This document shows, piece by piece, positions 9,615 to 19,822 of a DNA stretch of 64,000 nt. The position numbers and the translations under genes are program-made. How positions within the stretch are numbered: the stretch's first letter is position 1; every line of letters begins with the position of its first letter. The notes beneath the pieces were generated by a model. The model was not told the origin of the DNA. It did no database searches and was given only the letters and a program-made list of their open reading frames with translations. The DNA is from Candidatus Cloacimonadales bacterium (GTDB taxonomy: Bacteria; Cloacimonadota; Cloacimonadia; Cloacimonadales; JAFGVF01), in the NCBI GenBank assembly GCA_963677495.2, contig CAXXOU010000001.1, positions 608,001-672,000 of the forward strand. Reading direction: 5' to 3'.

Positions 9615-10219
9615 TAGATAGTTAAAGTAGCCTCTGATGTTAATTCTGATGCGATATCATACATGTTAGATACTTTACCTACTTTAAGCTTCTCCGCAAT
9701 TCCGAAGAAATTCAGGCATGTACCACAAACAAGAAGTTCAACACCCTTGCTTTCTAGCATCTTAAGATTATCTAATGTTTCTGCCCCTTCAACACAAAGC
9801 TTAACTGCTGAGTTCATAAATAAGATGGACTTAGGCATGTTATCTACTTCATTCAATGAATAGATAAATGCTTTCATTAGGTTACCACCTAGCTCATCAT
9901 CTCCTCGTCCGATGCAGTTACTGTTAATGAAGACAGCTTTACCTTTACTGGCAGGCAAATCGCATTTGTAATCAGATGCATTAATTGGCTTCACTTCCAC
10001 ATCTGCTGACACTGCAATCTCTATTTCAAACTTATCACCCTTCTCAGTAACACTATTTATGGCACAACCCTGTTTTTCTGCAAATCTACTTACGTTATCT
10101 CTTGCAGCTGGATTATCAACAATCACAATCAAAGTCTCAATGTTCTCACCTAAAGCTTCTTTTGTCATAAGTACGGGTTTCGGACAAGCAAGCCCGGATG
10201 TATCAATTGTCTTCTTCAT
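9614..10219 (-). CDS. yedF: Selenium metabolism protein YedF (TusA + DsrE-like)
   Basis: DTSGLACPKPV, VCGTCLNFF, VSNMYDI; start at the second Met. Confidence 0.9.
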   Translation of the reverse strand: MKKTIDTSGLACPKPVLMTKEALGENIETLIVIVDNPAARDNVSRFAEKQGCAINSVTEKGDKFEIEIAVSADVEVKPINASDYKCDLPASKGKAVFINSNCIGRGDDELGGNLMKAFIYSLNEVDNMPKSILFMNSAVKLCVEGAETLDNLKMLESKGVELLVCGTCLNFFGIAEKLKVGKVSNMYDIASELTSEATLTI

Positions 10220-10457
10220 ATCTCTTCTTTTCTCCATCTTCTATCACTTTGTAGATGTGACTAAACTTCAACTCATTCTCATTGAAGAAATCTCTCACTT
10301 CACCAATACCAGCATTATGTACAAGAATCGTGAACCCACACTCTTTACTTATTTCCCTCGGAGTTGGAATTATCTCACCTGATAACTCGCTTGCTTGTAC
10401 AATCTTCTTTGCTTTCATCGCATGGTGAGTCGATTGAAATGTCACAACAATGTTCAT
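10203..10457 (-). CDS. DUF3343-type putative Se/S carrier
   Basis: F.STH.AMK, IPTPREISKECG; lies between selD and yedF. Confidence 0.85.
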   Translation of the reverse strand: MNIVVTFQSTHHAMKAKKIVQASELSGEIIPTPREISKECGFTILVHNAGIGEVRDFFNENELKFSHIYKVIEDGEKKRYEEDN

Positions 10458-11491
10458 TAAACTATTTTCATTCCTTTAAAACTATTAGTGCAATAGCCAA
10501 CTTTGAAAGCATCAATATTACTATTTTTTAATGCTTCCAGCAATTTATCTTCTTCATCTGCAGGAATCGCAAATATCAAACCACCTGATGTCTGTGGATC
10601 AAACACGATGTCCAAATACTCAGCTTTAGTATCCTCGAAATCAATAACCATCTCTTTTCGATACTCTTTGTTGCGATAAGTTCCACCGGGAACCATCCCC
10701 ATCTCTGCCATATCTAAGACTTCGGGCAGTAGATGAAGTGAATTAAACATAATCTCAACGCCCAAATCGCTTTCATCAAGCATTTCGCAGATATGTCCAC
10801 CTAATCCAAAGCCTGTTACATCTGTGCAGGCATGGATCGTAAAGTCTGCTGCTACTTCAGATGCTACTTTGTTTAACTGACACATATACTTCTCAGCAAT
10901 AGAGATAGTTTCTGAGCTAATCATATCACCTTTCATTGCTGTATTGAGTATACCATTCCCAATCGGTTTTGTTAGGATAAGCACATCACCTTCAGATAGT
11001 GAGTTATTTAGCTTTATCTTATCAGGATGTACAGTACCCGTAACAGCTAAACCATACTTGACTTCTTCATCAGTGATACTATGACCGCCAACTAATGCAA
11101 CCCCGGCTTCTACCAGTTTTGATAATCCACCTGCATTAATCTGTCTTAAGACTTCAATATCCATTTTCTTATCAGGAAAAGCTACAATGCTCATCGCAGT
11201 TATTGGCTTTCCCCCCATCGCATAGATATCAGACAGGGCATTCGCTGCAGCTATCTGTCCAAATGTGTAGGGATCATCCACAATAGGTGGAAAGAAATCC
11301 ACGGTTTGAACTAAAGCAGTTTCATCATTAATCTTATATACACCTGCATCATCAGAGTGCTTATAATCTACAAGTAGGTTTTCATATTCAGGTTGTTTCA
11401 AACCACATAAAGCTTTGCTAAGGACCCCCGGTCCCAACTTAGCTCCTCAACCGGCAGCAGTTGTTTGTTTAGTAAGAAATACTTTTTCCAA
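10457..11491 (-). CDS. selD: Selenide, water dikinase, selenocysteine-containing (Sec15)
   Basis: GGAG RBS and TTG at 11491 give MEKVFLTKQTTAAG-U(TGA 11447-11449)-GAKLGPG; DDAGV, TVDFFPP, ALSDIYAMGG, DPQTSGG. Confidence 0.96.
11417..11449 (-). promoter_or_regulatory. Bacterial SECIS hairpin just after the Sec UGA
   Basis: UGA GGA GCUAA-GUUG-GGACC-GGG-GGUCC-UUAGC stem-loop with a G-containing apical loop. Confidence 0.75.
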
Positions 11492-11492
11492 A

Positions 11493-12632
11493 TCAACTCC
11501 TTATATATCTTTCAATAATTTCAAGTGTCTTTGTTATTTCAGTCTCTGTTGTGAAAGGTCCCGGACTTAAGCGTACCGTTCCTCCACCACTGAATGTTTT
11601 CATAGTTTTATGTGCTGATGGGGCACAATGCAATCCCATTCTAACTGCTATATCATTTCTATCAAGATAAGATGTCAAATCAGCTATTGTACCTTTATCA
11701 GGAACTATTGAGATAATCCCAAGGTTTTCTTCCGGCTTAGTTGAATAAATCCTTATCCCATCAATTGCTTCAATGCCATTGTAGAGCAGTTTCATTAACT
11801 TTAATTTCTTCTCTCTAATTGAATCTATTCCTTCACTAAGAAGAAATTCAGTTGCTCTCTTCAAACCGGCTATTCCATGGATATTATGAGTACCACTCTC
11901 TAATAAGTCTGGATAGAAATCAGGCTGCAATTCGTCATCTGACACACTACCGGTTCCACCAAATAGTATTGGTCTTAACTCCGTATTAGGAGAGACATAG
12001 ATAGCTCCGGTGCCGGTAGGTCCTAATAACCCTTTATGCCCCGGGAAGCAGAAAACATCTGCACCAAGCTCATCTACACTGATGGGGATATGCCCTACAG
12101 CTTGTGCTCCATCGACAATAACTCTACATCTAATAGATTTTGCTTTAGATATAATAATATCAAGTGGCATTATGTTACCAATTACATTTGACCCGGCAGT
12201 CACGACAAGAAGGTCAGGTTTTGATTCAATAGCCTTGTCAAAGCTATTCCAATCAGGTTGGAAATTGTTATCAAGATCAAAGATATCAAGTTCAATGTTT
12301 CCTCTTTGCTCGTAATCTCTGAGAATTCTCATCACCGAATTATGCTCAATCGGAGATGTTAGAACACGCATTCCACGCTCAACAGTACCTTGGATAGCCA
12401 TATTCAAAGCCATTGTACAGTTCAACGTAAAAGCTATTCTATCCTCATATTTAATACCTAACAAATCTGCAAGAAACTCTCTGGTTTCAAGCAATAACAT
12501 AGTCGTGTTTATGGCAGCTTGGTGAGAAGACCTATTAGCATTACCATATGCAGAATTAAGTGTTTCTAGCACAGCCTTATTAACTCCCGGTGCTTTCGGA
12601 AATGATGTTGCAGCATTATCTAAATATATCAT
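11493..12632 (-). CDS. Cysteine desulfurase / selenocysteine lyase family (class V aminotransferase)
   Basis: YLDNAATS, FPGHKGLLGP, RMGLHCAP; first gene of the selenium operon. Confidence 0.92.
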   Translation of the reverse strand: MIYLDNAATSFPKAPGVNKAVLETLNSAYGNANRSSHQAAINTTMLLLETREFLADLLGIKYEDRIAFTLNCTMALNMAIQGTVERGMRVLTSPIEHNSVMRILRDYEQRGNIELDIFDLDNNFQPDWNSFDKAIESKPDLLVVTAGSNVIGNIMPLDIIISKAKSIRCRVIVDGAQAVGHIPISVDELGADVFCFPGHKGLLGPTGTGAIYVSPNTELRPILFGGTGSVSDDELQPDFYPDLLESGTHNIHGIAGLKRATEFLLSEGIDSIREKKLKLMKLLYNGIEAIDGIRIYSTKPEENLGIISIVPDKGTIADLTSYLDRNDIAVRMGLHCAPSAHKTMKTFSGGGTVRLSPGPFTTETEITKTLEIIERYIRS

Positions 12633-12774
12633 TTTTCTCCTTACAAAATCCACCTATGGTAATAATAAGAACTGTTTTCGCATGTCAATAGTTATTCTTT
12701 GCCTCTGGATTGGTTCGAAATGAGTTGACGAGTTGAGATGGTAATGATGAATTCCTACTAAACTACTGTCTTAC

Positions 12775-15183
12775 TTATTTGACTACCATCATCTTTCCTA
12801 CAGCTTTGATATCATCACAACTAACCTTATAGAAATATATTCCTGATGCTACTGATTTACGATAGTTGTCTTTGCAATCCCAAACCTGAGAATAATATTC
12901 TCCTGTTTGCTTTTCATCTGAGGATAAACCTGCACTGCGAATAAGTTGCGAGAAGCTTCGGTTAATCTTTAAATCTCTTACTTTTTGACCGTTGATATTG
13001 AAGATCTCCAGGCTTGGATTATCTTTCGTTTCTTTGGGGAGTGTAAACTCAATCAATGCAACCCTTCCCCTACTACCATTAGGTGTTATAGGGTTGGGAT
13101 AGTGTGAAACAGCTATTTTATTCGGTGGAGTTGGAACTGTCTCATCACAACTTTCAACTGTGGGATTGTATTCATGAGCTCCGATATCAATAATTCCATC
13201 CCACACTCTATCGTTACCAGTTATATCCAACGTGGGTAAATTCATTCCTAATGTATCTGGAGTTCCAGCATCTATACATGGAGAGTTTGCCGATAACTGT
13301 ACCCATCTTGGGTCATCTATTGGTATATCACCATTAATATCTCCTCGAAACAATGGGTTTTCATTTATGTTATGTATTCCCCAGTTAATAATATCATTAT
13401 CATTAATATAGACAGTTTCATCAGTTAAACCATTATTAACATTACAGAAATCAATATCGATAACAGTAGCAGTTTCTGGATAAAATATACTATAAGTAGT
13501 GCCAATTTCTTGTTGTAACTCTGTATTAAAGAAAATACTATTGCGAATGCTTAGTGACCCATTCACATCCAAACAAGTACCAGGGCTTGAATTATTAGCT
13601 ATTGTCATGTTTGATAAATAACCTTGATTGTAACGATTATCTATCAACATTAAATTTGAAGACTCTGAAACATTGTTGTAAATTAGGGCATTCCTGATCT
13701 CTAGATTCCCGTTTATGGATTCAGTATTATAATTCTTATAGGTGAGTAATTCATGATCATAACAAACACTATTGTTTGTAATTATAAGATTGTTCAAATT
13801 AACATCACTATGTATCAGTGAAATCATGTCCTCGCATACATTTCCTCCACCAGGTGGTGGGAAGTTGTTTATGATATTATTCGCAATCAAGTTGTTAAAC
13901 TGGATATTATCACTAAAAGAGAGTAATACTACTGAAAAATCTTCCTCATTTCTAGCTATATCAGAGAAATCTACACTCTCAATTAAAGTATTGTTTGTCC
14001 AGTCGATCACCAAACCTGGATAGTCACAATCATTCTCACTAAATGAAACATCATGAATGTAAATATCTGTACAACAATATGTTCGAAAAGTATTCCCACT
14101 TGATGAGTTGTTACGTTTTATAGTAAAATTACCAATATCAATACCTTCAACCCCAGTTAAGTTAACGGAATTTTCACCCCAATCCCCACCCAGAATCGTT
14201 TGATCTGGTCCAGCTCCCAGCATATTGGTATAGGACTGGAGAGAGATTGGAAATCTTTGATTACTAGAAACCTCACTGTATATTCCGGGTAATATGTGTA
14301 CAGTATTGGGGTTAGAACTATTTGATAGTATCTTTCGATTTGCTAATGCAATGGATCTTAAAGCTGTATCTTCAGTTAAACCATCGTTATTATCATCACC
14401 GAACGGAGAAACATATAAATCAGAGTCAATTTGATCTATGAACCCATTTTGGGCTGTAACAGTTGTACTAGTCACATTTCCTGGTCTAAGAAATGAAACG
14501 AAGTATCCATCAGGTTGAGGAGTTACTACACTAAGTGTATCTAGTACTATATCATTACTTGAAGAGAATTTTAAGCATATATCTTGAATAACACCTAAAT
14601 TATTGTGGACACTATTTAAACTTACCGGATCAAACCAAAGATGTCCCGTAAAAGTGTCAATTCCACCACCCCGCATATAACCAACATTATTTCTTATTAC
14701 ATTCCCCGATAGATTCAAGAAACTATGGCTACTACACCAAATTCCTCCACCTTTGGCTGCGAAGTTGCCTTCAATTATACAGTTTGAAACTGTAAAAGTG
14801 CTATACCCTCTTTGGATAATACCACCACCAAAGCCTGAGTTTCCATTTGTAAGAGTAATTCCATCAAGATATGCGTTATCTTCATATTGAAAAATAGAAA
14901 CACAACTACCTTGCTCATTTCCATCTATAATAGTCGATTCAACAACACTCCAATCAGGATTTGTTAAATATTCACTGCAAATGGTTATGCTTTTACCTGA
15001 ATAATTAATATTTTCAAAATATGTTCCGGGATGAACAAGTATAGTATCACCATCATTTGAAACATCAATAGCTGATTGGATAGTTGTATAAGGATGCGAA
15101 CCATCAAGTGATACTTCATGAAGAAGAGACTCCAATGCACACAGCATGAAGAACACTGAGAATAATAGAATTAACCTTTTCAT
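12775..15183 (-). CDS. Secreted beta-helix / DUF1565-type protein with FlgD/Por-type CTD
   Basis: Signal peptide, TIQSAID..GDTILVHPGTY, YVSPFGDDNNDGLT, SPCIDAG, YPNP...SGIYFYK...KMMVVK. Confidence 0.88.
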   Translation of the reverse strand: MKRLILLFSVFFMLCALESLLHEVSLDGSHPYTTIQSAIDVSNDGDTILVHPGTYFENINYSGKSITICSEYLTNPDWSVVESTIIDGNEQGSCVSIFQYEDNAYLDGITLTNGNSGFGGGIIQRGYSTFTVSNCIIEGNFAAKGGGIWCSSHSFLNLSGNVIRNNVGYMRGGGIDTFTGHLWFDPVSLNSVHNNLGVIQDICLKFSSSNDIVLDTLSVVTPQPDGYFVSFLRPGNVTSTTVTAQNGFIDQIDSDLYVSPFGDDNNDGLTEDTALRSIALANRKILSNSSNPNTVHILPGIYSEVSSNQRFPISLQSYTNMLGAGPDQTILGGDWGENSVNLTGVEGIDIGNFTIKRNNSSSGNTFRTYCCTDIYIHDVSFSENDCDYPGLVIDWTNNTLIESVDFSDIARNEEDFSVVLLSFSDNIQFNNLIANNIINNFPPPGGGNVCEDMISLIHSDVNLNNLIITNNSVCYDHELLTYKNYNTESINGNLEIRNALIYNNVSESSNLMLIDNRYNQGYLSNMTIANNSSPGTCLDVNGSLSIRNSIFFNTELQQEIGTTYSIFYPETATVIDIDFCNVNNGLTDETVYINDNDIINWGIHNINENPLFRGDINGDIPIDDPRWVQLSANSPCIDAGTPDTLGMNLPTLDITGNDRVWDGIIDIGAHEYNPTVESCDETVPTPPNKIAVSHYPNPITPNGSRGRVALIEFTLPKETKDNPSLEIFNINGQKVRDLKINRSFSQLIRSAGLSSDEKQTGEYYSQVWDCKDNYRKSVASGIYFYKVSCDDIKAVGKMMVVK

Positions 15184-15385
15184 TGCTCCTACCTTTGTTA
15201 GGACTCAATATTTGGAAGCTTCAATCAGATTCGAAATATTGGGTCTTTATATTCTAAAAAAAGGTTAGGGACTAGATTTGAACATGTCAAGAACTAAATA
15301 CCATTAATAACAGCCTTCATGTAAAGTTAATGTACATATTACCTTTTCCTGCATCCAGCACTTAGCATTTAGCCAACTCTATACC

Positions 15386-15541
15386 TTCTCTTTATCTAAT
15401 TGCATCAAGAACATCTTTGCACCCTCAAATAAGTTATGCACATGATGTGGATAACTTTAGGGGTTCATAGGGAGGGTCTAGGGAGGCTAAAGGGTGGGAC
15501 AAGCGAGATTCAAGGTTTTTGATGAGATTAGATAAAGAGAA
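15386..15541 (+). repeat. Family 1 inverted-repeat-bounded element, copy 1 (DnaA-box pair + G-tract array)
   Basis: Arms TTCTCTTTATCTAATTGCATCAAGAAC / GTTTTTGATGAGATTAGATAAAGAGAA (24/27); near-identical core at 26902 and 62160. Confidence 0.92.
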
Positions 15542-15779
15542 CCAGTTAACAGAATTGTATTGGGAGGTTATATATTTAAGAGATGAAAAAGTCTAAACAA
15601 AACTTTACAAGCCTGTGATTCTATAATGAAAAGTAAGAATCAAGCTTGATGAGAGCTCGCAGATCAGAAGAAACAATCTAAGACATTCTGAAAGATGAAA
15701 AAGTAAAGAGCCCCACCCCAAAAAACAAAGCCCGATTTGAAATCGGGCGATGAGCTTATTGGTGAGTAGTTTGGGGTAA

Positions 15780-17159
15780 CTACTTCATTAGGAGCATTCT
15801 TTGAGCCTGAGAAACTGTAGGTGTTGTAAGTCTATAGAAATAAACACCTGATGCTACAGGATTACCTTTTTGATCATTACCATTCCATACAACGTTATGA
15901 CTGCCTTCGTTAAGTTCTTCGGATACAAGTTTATTTATTGATTGCCCTCTCATATTGAAGATTTCAAGTGTTGCATTCTCTCTCTGCTTGAGTGAGAAAG
16001 AGATAGTAGTTGTAGGATTAAATGGGTTTGGATAGTTACTTAAATTAACAACATAAGCAGGGTTTACATCATCCGCATTAGGTGTATATAAACCTTGAAG
16101 AGCTATAGATTCTGTGTCTGAATCAGATCCAAGATCATTATAAACTTCTACTCTTAATACAAAATTATCATTATCATCCCATTCTTGCATTGAGATAGGA
16201 CCAACAATAGCATTATCTGAAGTTGATGAGCCTGTGAAGTGGAAAGGTCCACCTGAGCAAATCATTTCATCAGTAGCATTGTTATAAACGTTAATGTAGC
16301 AATCCTGTGCTCTAACTACATCTCTTAAGCTTGGATTCTGGGCATCAACATCAACCATTAAGTTAAGTGATTCATAATATCCATCTTCGTTAGCATCAAT
16401 TCCGTTACTTACGTATGAGTTATAGATACTTGGTGAACCATAAACATCCGGATTGATATAGTTTCTTGTAAGGTTTACATTATCAATATAAGCACCTTGA
16501 GCTGTATTAGAAACATCACTTGTGAAAGCAAAAGCAATCCACACATTGTTTAAACCTGTTACATCGCCAATTTCATATACGTCTGTTAGGTCGAATGAGT
16601 GTGATTCCCAGCCATTACTTTGACCATCATAATGAAGTCCCCAGTATGCCTGACCATCTGTTGATGCATACACTTTAAAGTAATCATAATTAGATTCTGT
16701 ATCGTACCAAACATTATAATTTAGCTCAGCATCACTACAATCAGCAAGACTGAAAGGTCCATAAACCATCCAAGTGTTCATATTGTTTTGATAACCGTTC
16801 TCAACATTATCAGCACCACCATCAGCACAATGGCCACTCCAGCTACCTTCGTAAGCCATGTCATTGCAATCAGACCAATATGCATCAACGTCTGTGTTAG
16901 AATAGCAATTCCAATCATTTGGCCATGCACCTTCAAAAGATTCTTCTTTTAAAGATATCCAATCTTTTGCTTGAGGTAAGCTATCATTGTTGATTTCTTT
17001 TCCGGTTTCAGTAGTACTGCTTACAAGTTGAAGCTGTGATTGATTAAAAACGCTTCCACCCTGAGCGACTTTACCTTTGTTGAATTGACCTTTAACAGGG
17101 TTTGCAATAAGCAACCCTAAGGATACTAAAATTGTAACTACAGATAACAATTTCTTCAT
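15780..17159 (-). CDS. Secreted protein (MAM/adhesin-like beta-sandwich) with FlgD/Por-type CTD
   Basis: Signal peptide, WYDTESNYDY, AYIDNV, NYPNPFNPTTTISF...SGVYFYRL...MLLMK. Confidence 0.88.
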   Translation of the reverse strand: MKKLLSVVTILVSLGLLIANPVKGQFNKGKVAQGGSVFNQSQLQLVSSTTETGKEINNDSLPQAKDWISLKEESFEGAWPNDWNCYSNTDVDAYWSDCNDMAYEGSWSGHCADGGADNVENGYQNNMNTWMVYGPFSLADCSDAELNYNVWYDTESNYDYFKVYASTDGQAYWGLHYDGQSNGWESHSFDLTDVYEIGDVTGLNNVWIAFAFTSDVSNTAQGAYIDNVNLTRNYINPDVYGSPSIYNSYVSNGIDANEDGYYESLNLMVDVDAQNPSLRDVVRAQDCYINVYNNATDEMICSGGPFHFTGSSTSDNAIVGPISMQEWDDNDNFVLRVEVYNDLGSDSDTESIALQGLYTPNADDVNPAYVVNLSNYPNPFNPTTTISFSLKQRENATLEIFNMRGQSINKLVSEELNEGSHNVVWNGNDQKGNPVASGVYFYRLTTPTVSQAQRMLLMK

Positions 17160-17249
17160 TCTGTTTTCTCCTAATGTATATTTGTTTTAATTACATTTAT
17201 ATATATACAAATTAGTGTTCCAAAATAAATGAATATCCAGCCAATTTTG

Positions 17250-17262
17250 TAAGTTATTGATA
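17250..17262 (-). promoter_or_regulatory. IHF-consensus site between the divergent CTD gene and the sigma54 activator
   Basis: TATCAATAACTTA matches WATCAANNNNTTR. Confidence 0.4.
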
Positions 17263-17427
17263 ATTATATGAATAAAAAATTCGCATATTGAGGTTAACTA
17301 AAGCTAAACAAAAGTAATTTTCGATGATGGTATAATGATATCAAAATTAATTGCGATTTCGAAAAAAATTAACTTGAACTCTAAATCCGATTTTATTTCT
17401 TAGTCATAGCTTATTGAGGAGTAATTC

Positions 17428-19770
17428 ATGTTTAATTTTACTAGATTTGACACAAAATTAAAAGAGCTATCCAAGTTGGATAGAATAAAAGCAATTGCGG
17501 AAGAAGCATTGATAATGGGAAAGGTAGATTTCAAGGCTACTTCTAACTACTTAGATATAGCAATCGGTTATTACAATGAATTTTTGAAATATGAGAAGAA
17601 TCCTAATGCTGAAATAAAAGATGCTATTTCAAGATGTTATTGTGGTAAAATACAGCTAATATATAGAAATCCAAAAGATAGAAACAAAAAGGAACTTGAT
17701 AATTACATCAAATTTATCAACCAAAATGGAGCGACAAGTACAGTTGCTTTAATGGAGTATTTACTCTGTATAAAGCACTTAGCTTTAGGGAACAATCAGG
17801 CATCTGTTGATTCAGGATTAAGAGCTGCAGAATTGGTTGAAAACATAGAATTGACTGAAGAGATGAAGTTCCTCTATTCTAATTTAGGGCTTGCTCTTCA
17901 GAGAGCAAATAGACCGGAAGATTCAGAGAAATTTTTACTGATGGGATTATCAATTAATAATAAAGTAGACATTGTAGTTGAAGGAAAGCTTCTTTTACAC
18001 TTGGGTAATCTTTATTCCTCACAATCAAAAGTTGATAAGGCTCTTGATTGCTATATGAGAGCAAAAGAGTTTACCTCTGAATCGGATATCTCAGGTGAAA
18101 TTATTATTAATATGAATATCGCTATAATGTATAATAAACTCCAAAGACCTACTGATGCAAAGAAATACTTTAGTATGAATGCTGATATAGAGATGTGGAA
18201 ATCAATTGATAGCTTTGGTCTAATCTGCTTAACTAACTCCCTTTCTGCTTTGATAATTCTCAATCTGTATGAGCGAAACATTGAGGAGATGGAGAGATTA
18301 GTCAAAAAACTAAAAACAATTAGTAATCATTTTAAGGATCCACAATCAATAACTTTGTATTATCAGAGAAAAGCGAATTTATGCCAAATGAAGGGTGATA
18401 CACCAGGAGCTGAAGAAAGCTATCTTGATGCTTTAGAATATATCAATAAACATGGTAACAATGACCAAATTTTTCAGATATCTAATGAAGTTGCCGACTT
18501 TTTTATGAGCTTAGAGAAAATGGATGTAGCAGAAGATATTTTAAAGGAAAACATTGAAAGATTTAAAGATGATACCGCTTCATTCTATGTTAAGGAAACA
18601 TATCAGATATATTTGAAATTTCTTAAAGCTCAATCCCGTTTTGAAGAAGCTCTGGATATACTTGAAAAAATGAATGAGATCAACACAAAACAACAAAAAT
18701 CGAAGCTTGAGAATAAAGTAAGAGCACTCGAAACAGAGATGGCAAATGATAAAAGAAAACTGAATGAACGAGACAGAAGAATCTCTTTAATAAACAGGAA
18801 GTTAAGAGATACAACTGAATCAGGATTTATTGGGGTTAGCCAGAAAATAAAAAGTGTTCTTAGCAAAGTCGAAATGGCATCACAACATCCTGATATTAGT
18901 GTGTTAATCCTTGGTGAAAGTGGCACAGGAAAACAAATTATTGCCGATATGATTCATAAGAATAGTAAGCGAAAAGCAGGTTCTTTATGCGAAGTTAACT
19001 GTTCAGCAATACCTGATGGAATGGCTGAGAGCGAATTCTTTGGGTACAAAAAAGGTGCCTTTACAGGAGCAGTTAAAGATAATCCCGGTTTTTTAAAAGA
19101 AGCAGACACCGGAACGCTTTTTCTGGATGAAGTTGGTGATATGCCAATGTCGTTACAGGCAAAACTGTTGAAAGTTATTGAAGGTAAAAACTTCACACCT
19201 TTGGGTTCCAACAAACCACAGACAACAAACTTCAGGCTTATATGTGCAACACATCGAAATTTGGAGGACTTGATTAAAACAGGTGACTTCCGACTAGACT
19301 TCTTCAATAGAATCAATACATTCATTATTGAGATACCACCACTTCGTGAACGTCCTGCAGATATTGGAGTTATTGCAGAATACTATCTTAACAAATACTG
19401 TCAGAAAATGGGGGTACTAACTCCACAAATAACTCCTGAAGCCATGGATATGATTAAATCATATTCATATCCGGGTAATGTACGTGAACTGAGAAATATT
19501 ATTGAAAGAACTACGCTTTTTCTTAGAAATGGTTTGAATCTTTTAGATGCTCTCAATAGCTCAGGATTAAATGACCAAGTTCCTTTCGAAACTGCTGAAT
19601 CTGATAAGTCAAGTTTGCTTAGTACAAATACACTAAATCTTGAGAAAATTGAGTTATTAGCAATCAATAAAGCCTTAGAACTAGCTGGGTATAAAAAGAG
19701 TAAAGCTGCAGCCTTGTTAGGAATTACTCCAAGTGCTATGACCAGAAGACTACAAAAGTATAAACTCTAA
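17428..19770 (+). CDS. Sigma54-dependent enhancer-binding protein with N-terminal TPR region
   Basis: GESGTGKQ, ESEFFGYKKGAFTGA, FLDEVG, PGNVRELRN, C-terminal Fis-type HTH. Confidence 0.93.
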   Translation: MFNFTRFDTKLKELSKLDRIKAIAEEALIMGKVDFKATSNYLDIAIGYYNEFLKYEKNPNAEIKDAISRCYCGKIQLIYRNPKDRNKKELDNYIKFINQNGATSTVALMEYLLCIKHLALGNNQASVDSGLRAAELVENIELTEEMKFLYSNLGLALQRANRPEDSEKFLLMGLSINNKVDIVVEGKLLLHLGNLYSSQSKVDKALDCYMRAKEFTSESDISGEIIINMNIAIMYNKLQRPTDAKKYFSMNADIEMWKSIDSFGLICLTNSLSALIILNLYERNIEEMERLVKKLKTISNHFKDPQSITLYYQRKANLCQMKGDTPGAEESYLDALEYINKHGNNDQIFQISNEVADFFMSLEKMDVAEDILKENIERFKDDTASFYVKETYQIYLKFLKAQSRFEEALDILEKMNEINTKQQKSKLENKVRALETEMANDKRKLNERDRRISLINRKLRDTTESGFIGVSQKIKSVLSKVEMASQHPDISVLILGESGTGKQIIADMIHKNSKRKAGSLCEVNCSAIPDGMAESEFFGYKKGAFTGAVKDNPGFLKEADTGTLFLDEVGDMPMSLQAKLLKVIEGKNFTPLGSNKPQTTNFRLICATHRNLEDLIKTGDFRLDFFNRINTFIIEIPPLRERPADIGVIAEYYLNKYCQKMGVLTPQITPEAMDMIKSYSYPGNVRELRNIIERTTLFLRNGLNLLDALNSSGLNDQVPFETAESDKSSLLSTNTLNLEKIELLAINKALELAGYKKSKAAALLGITPSAMTRRLQKYKL

Positions 19771-19822
19771 AAATCAGTTTACAATTAACTGATAGATTTA
19801 TTTCTAGAGCTAAGGAGTTGTT

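Noticed and set aside
15386..15541. Family 1 element as oriC
   Set aside because: Three dispersed copies, only two good boxes each, no adjacent dnaA, no clear unwinding element.
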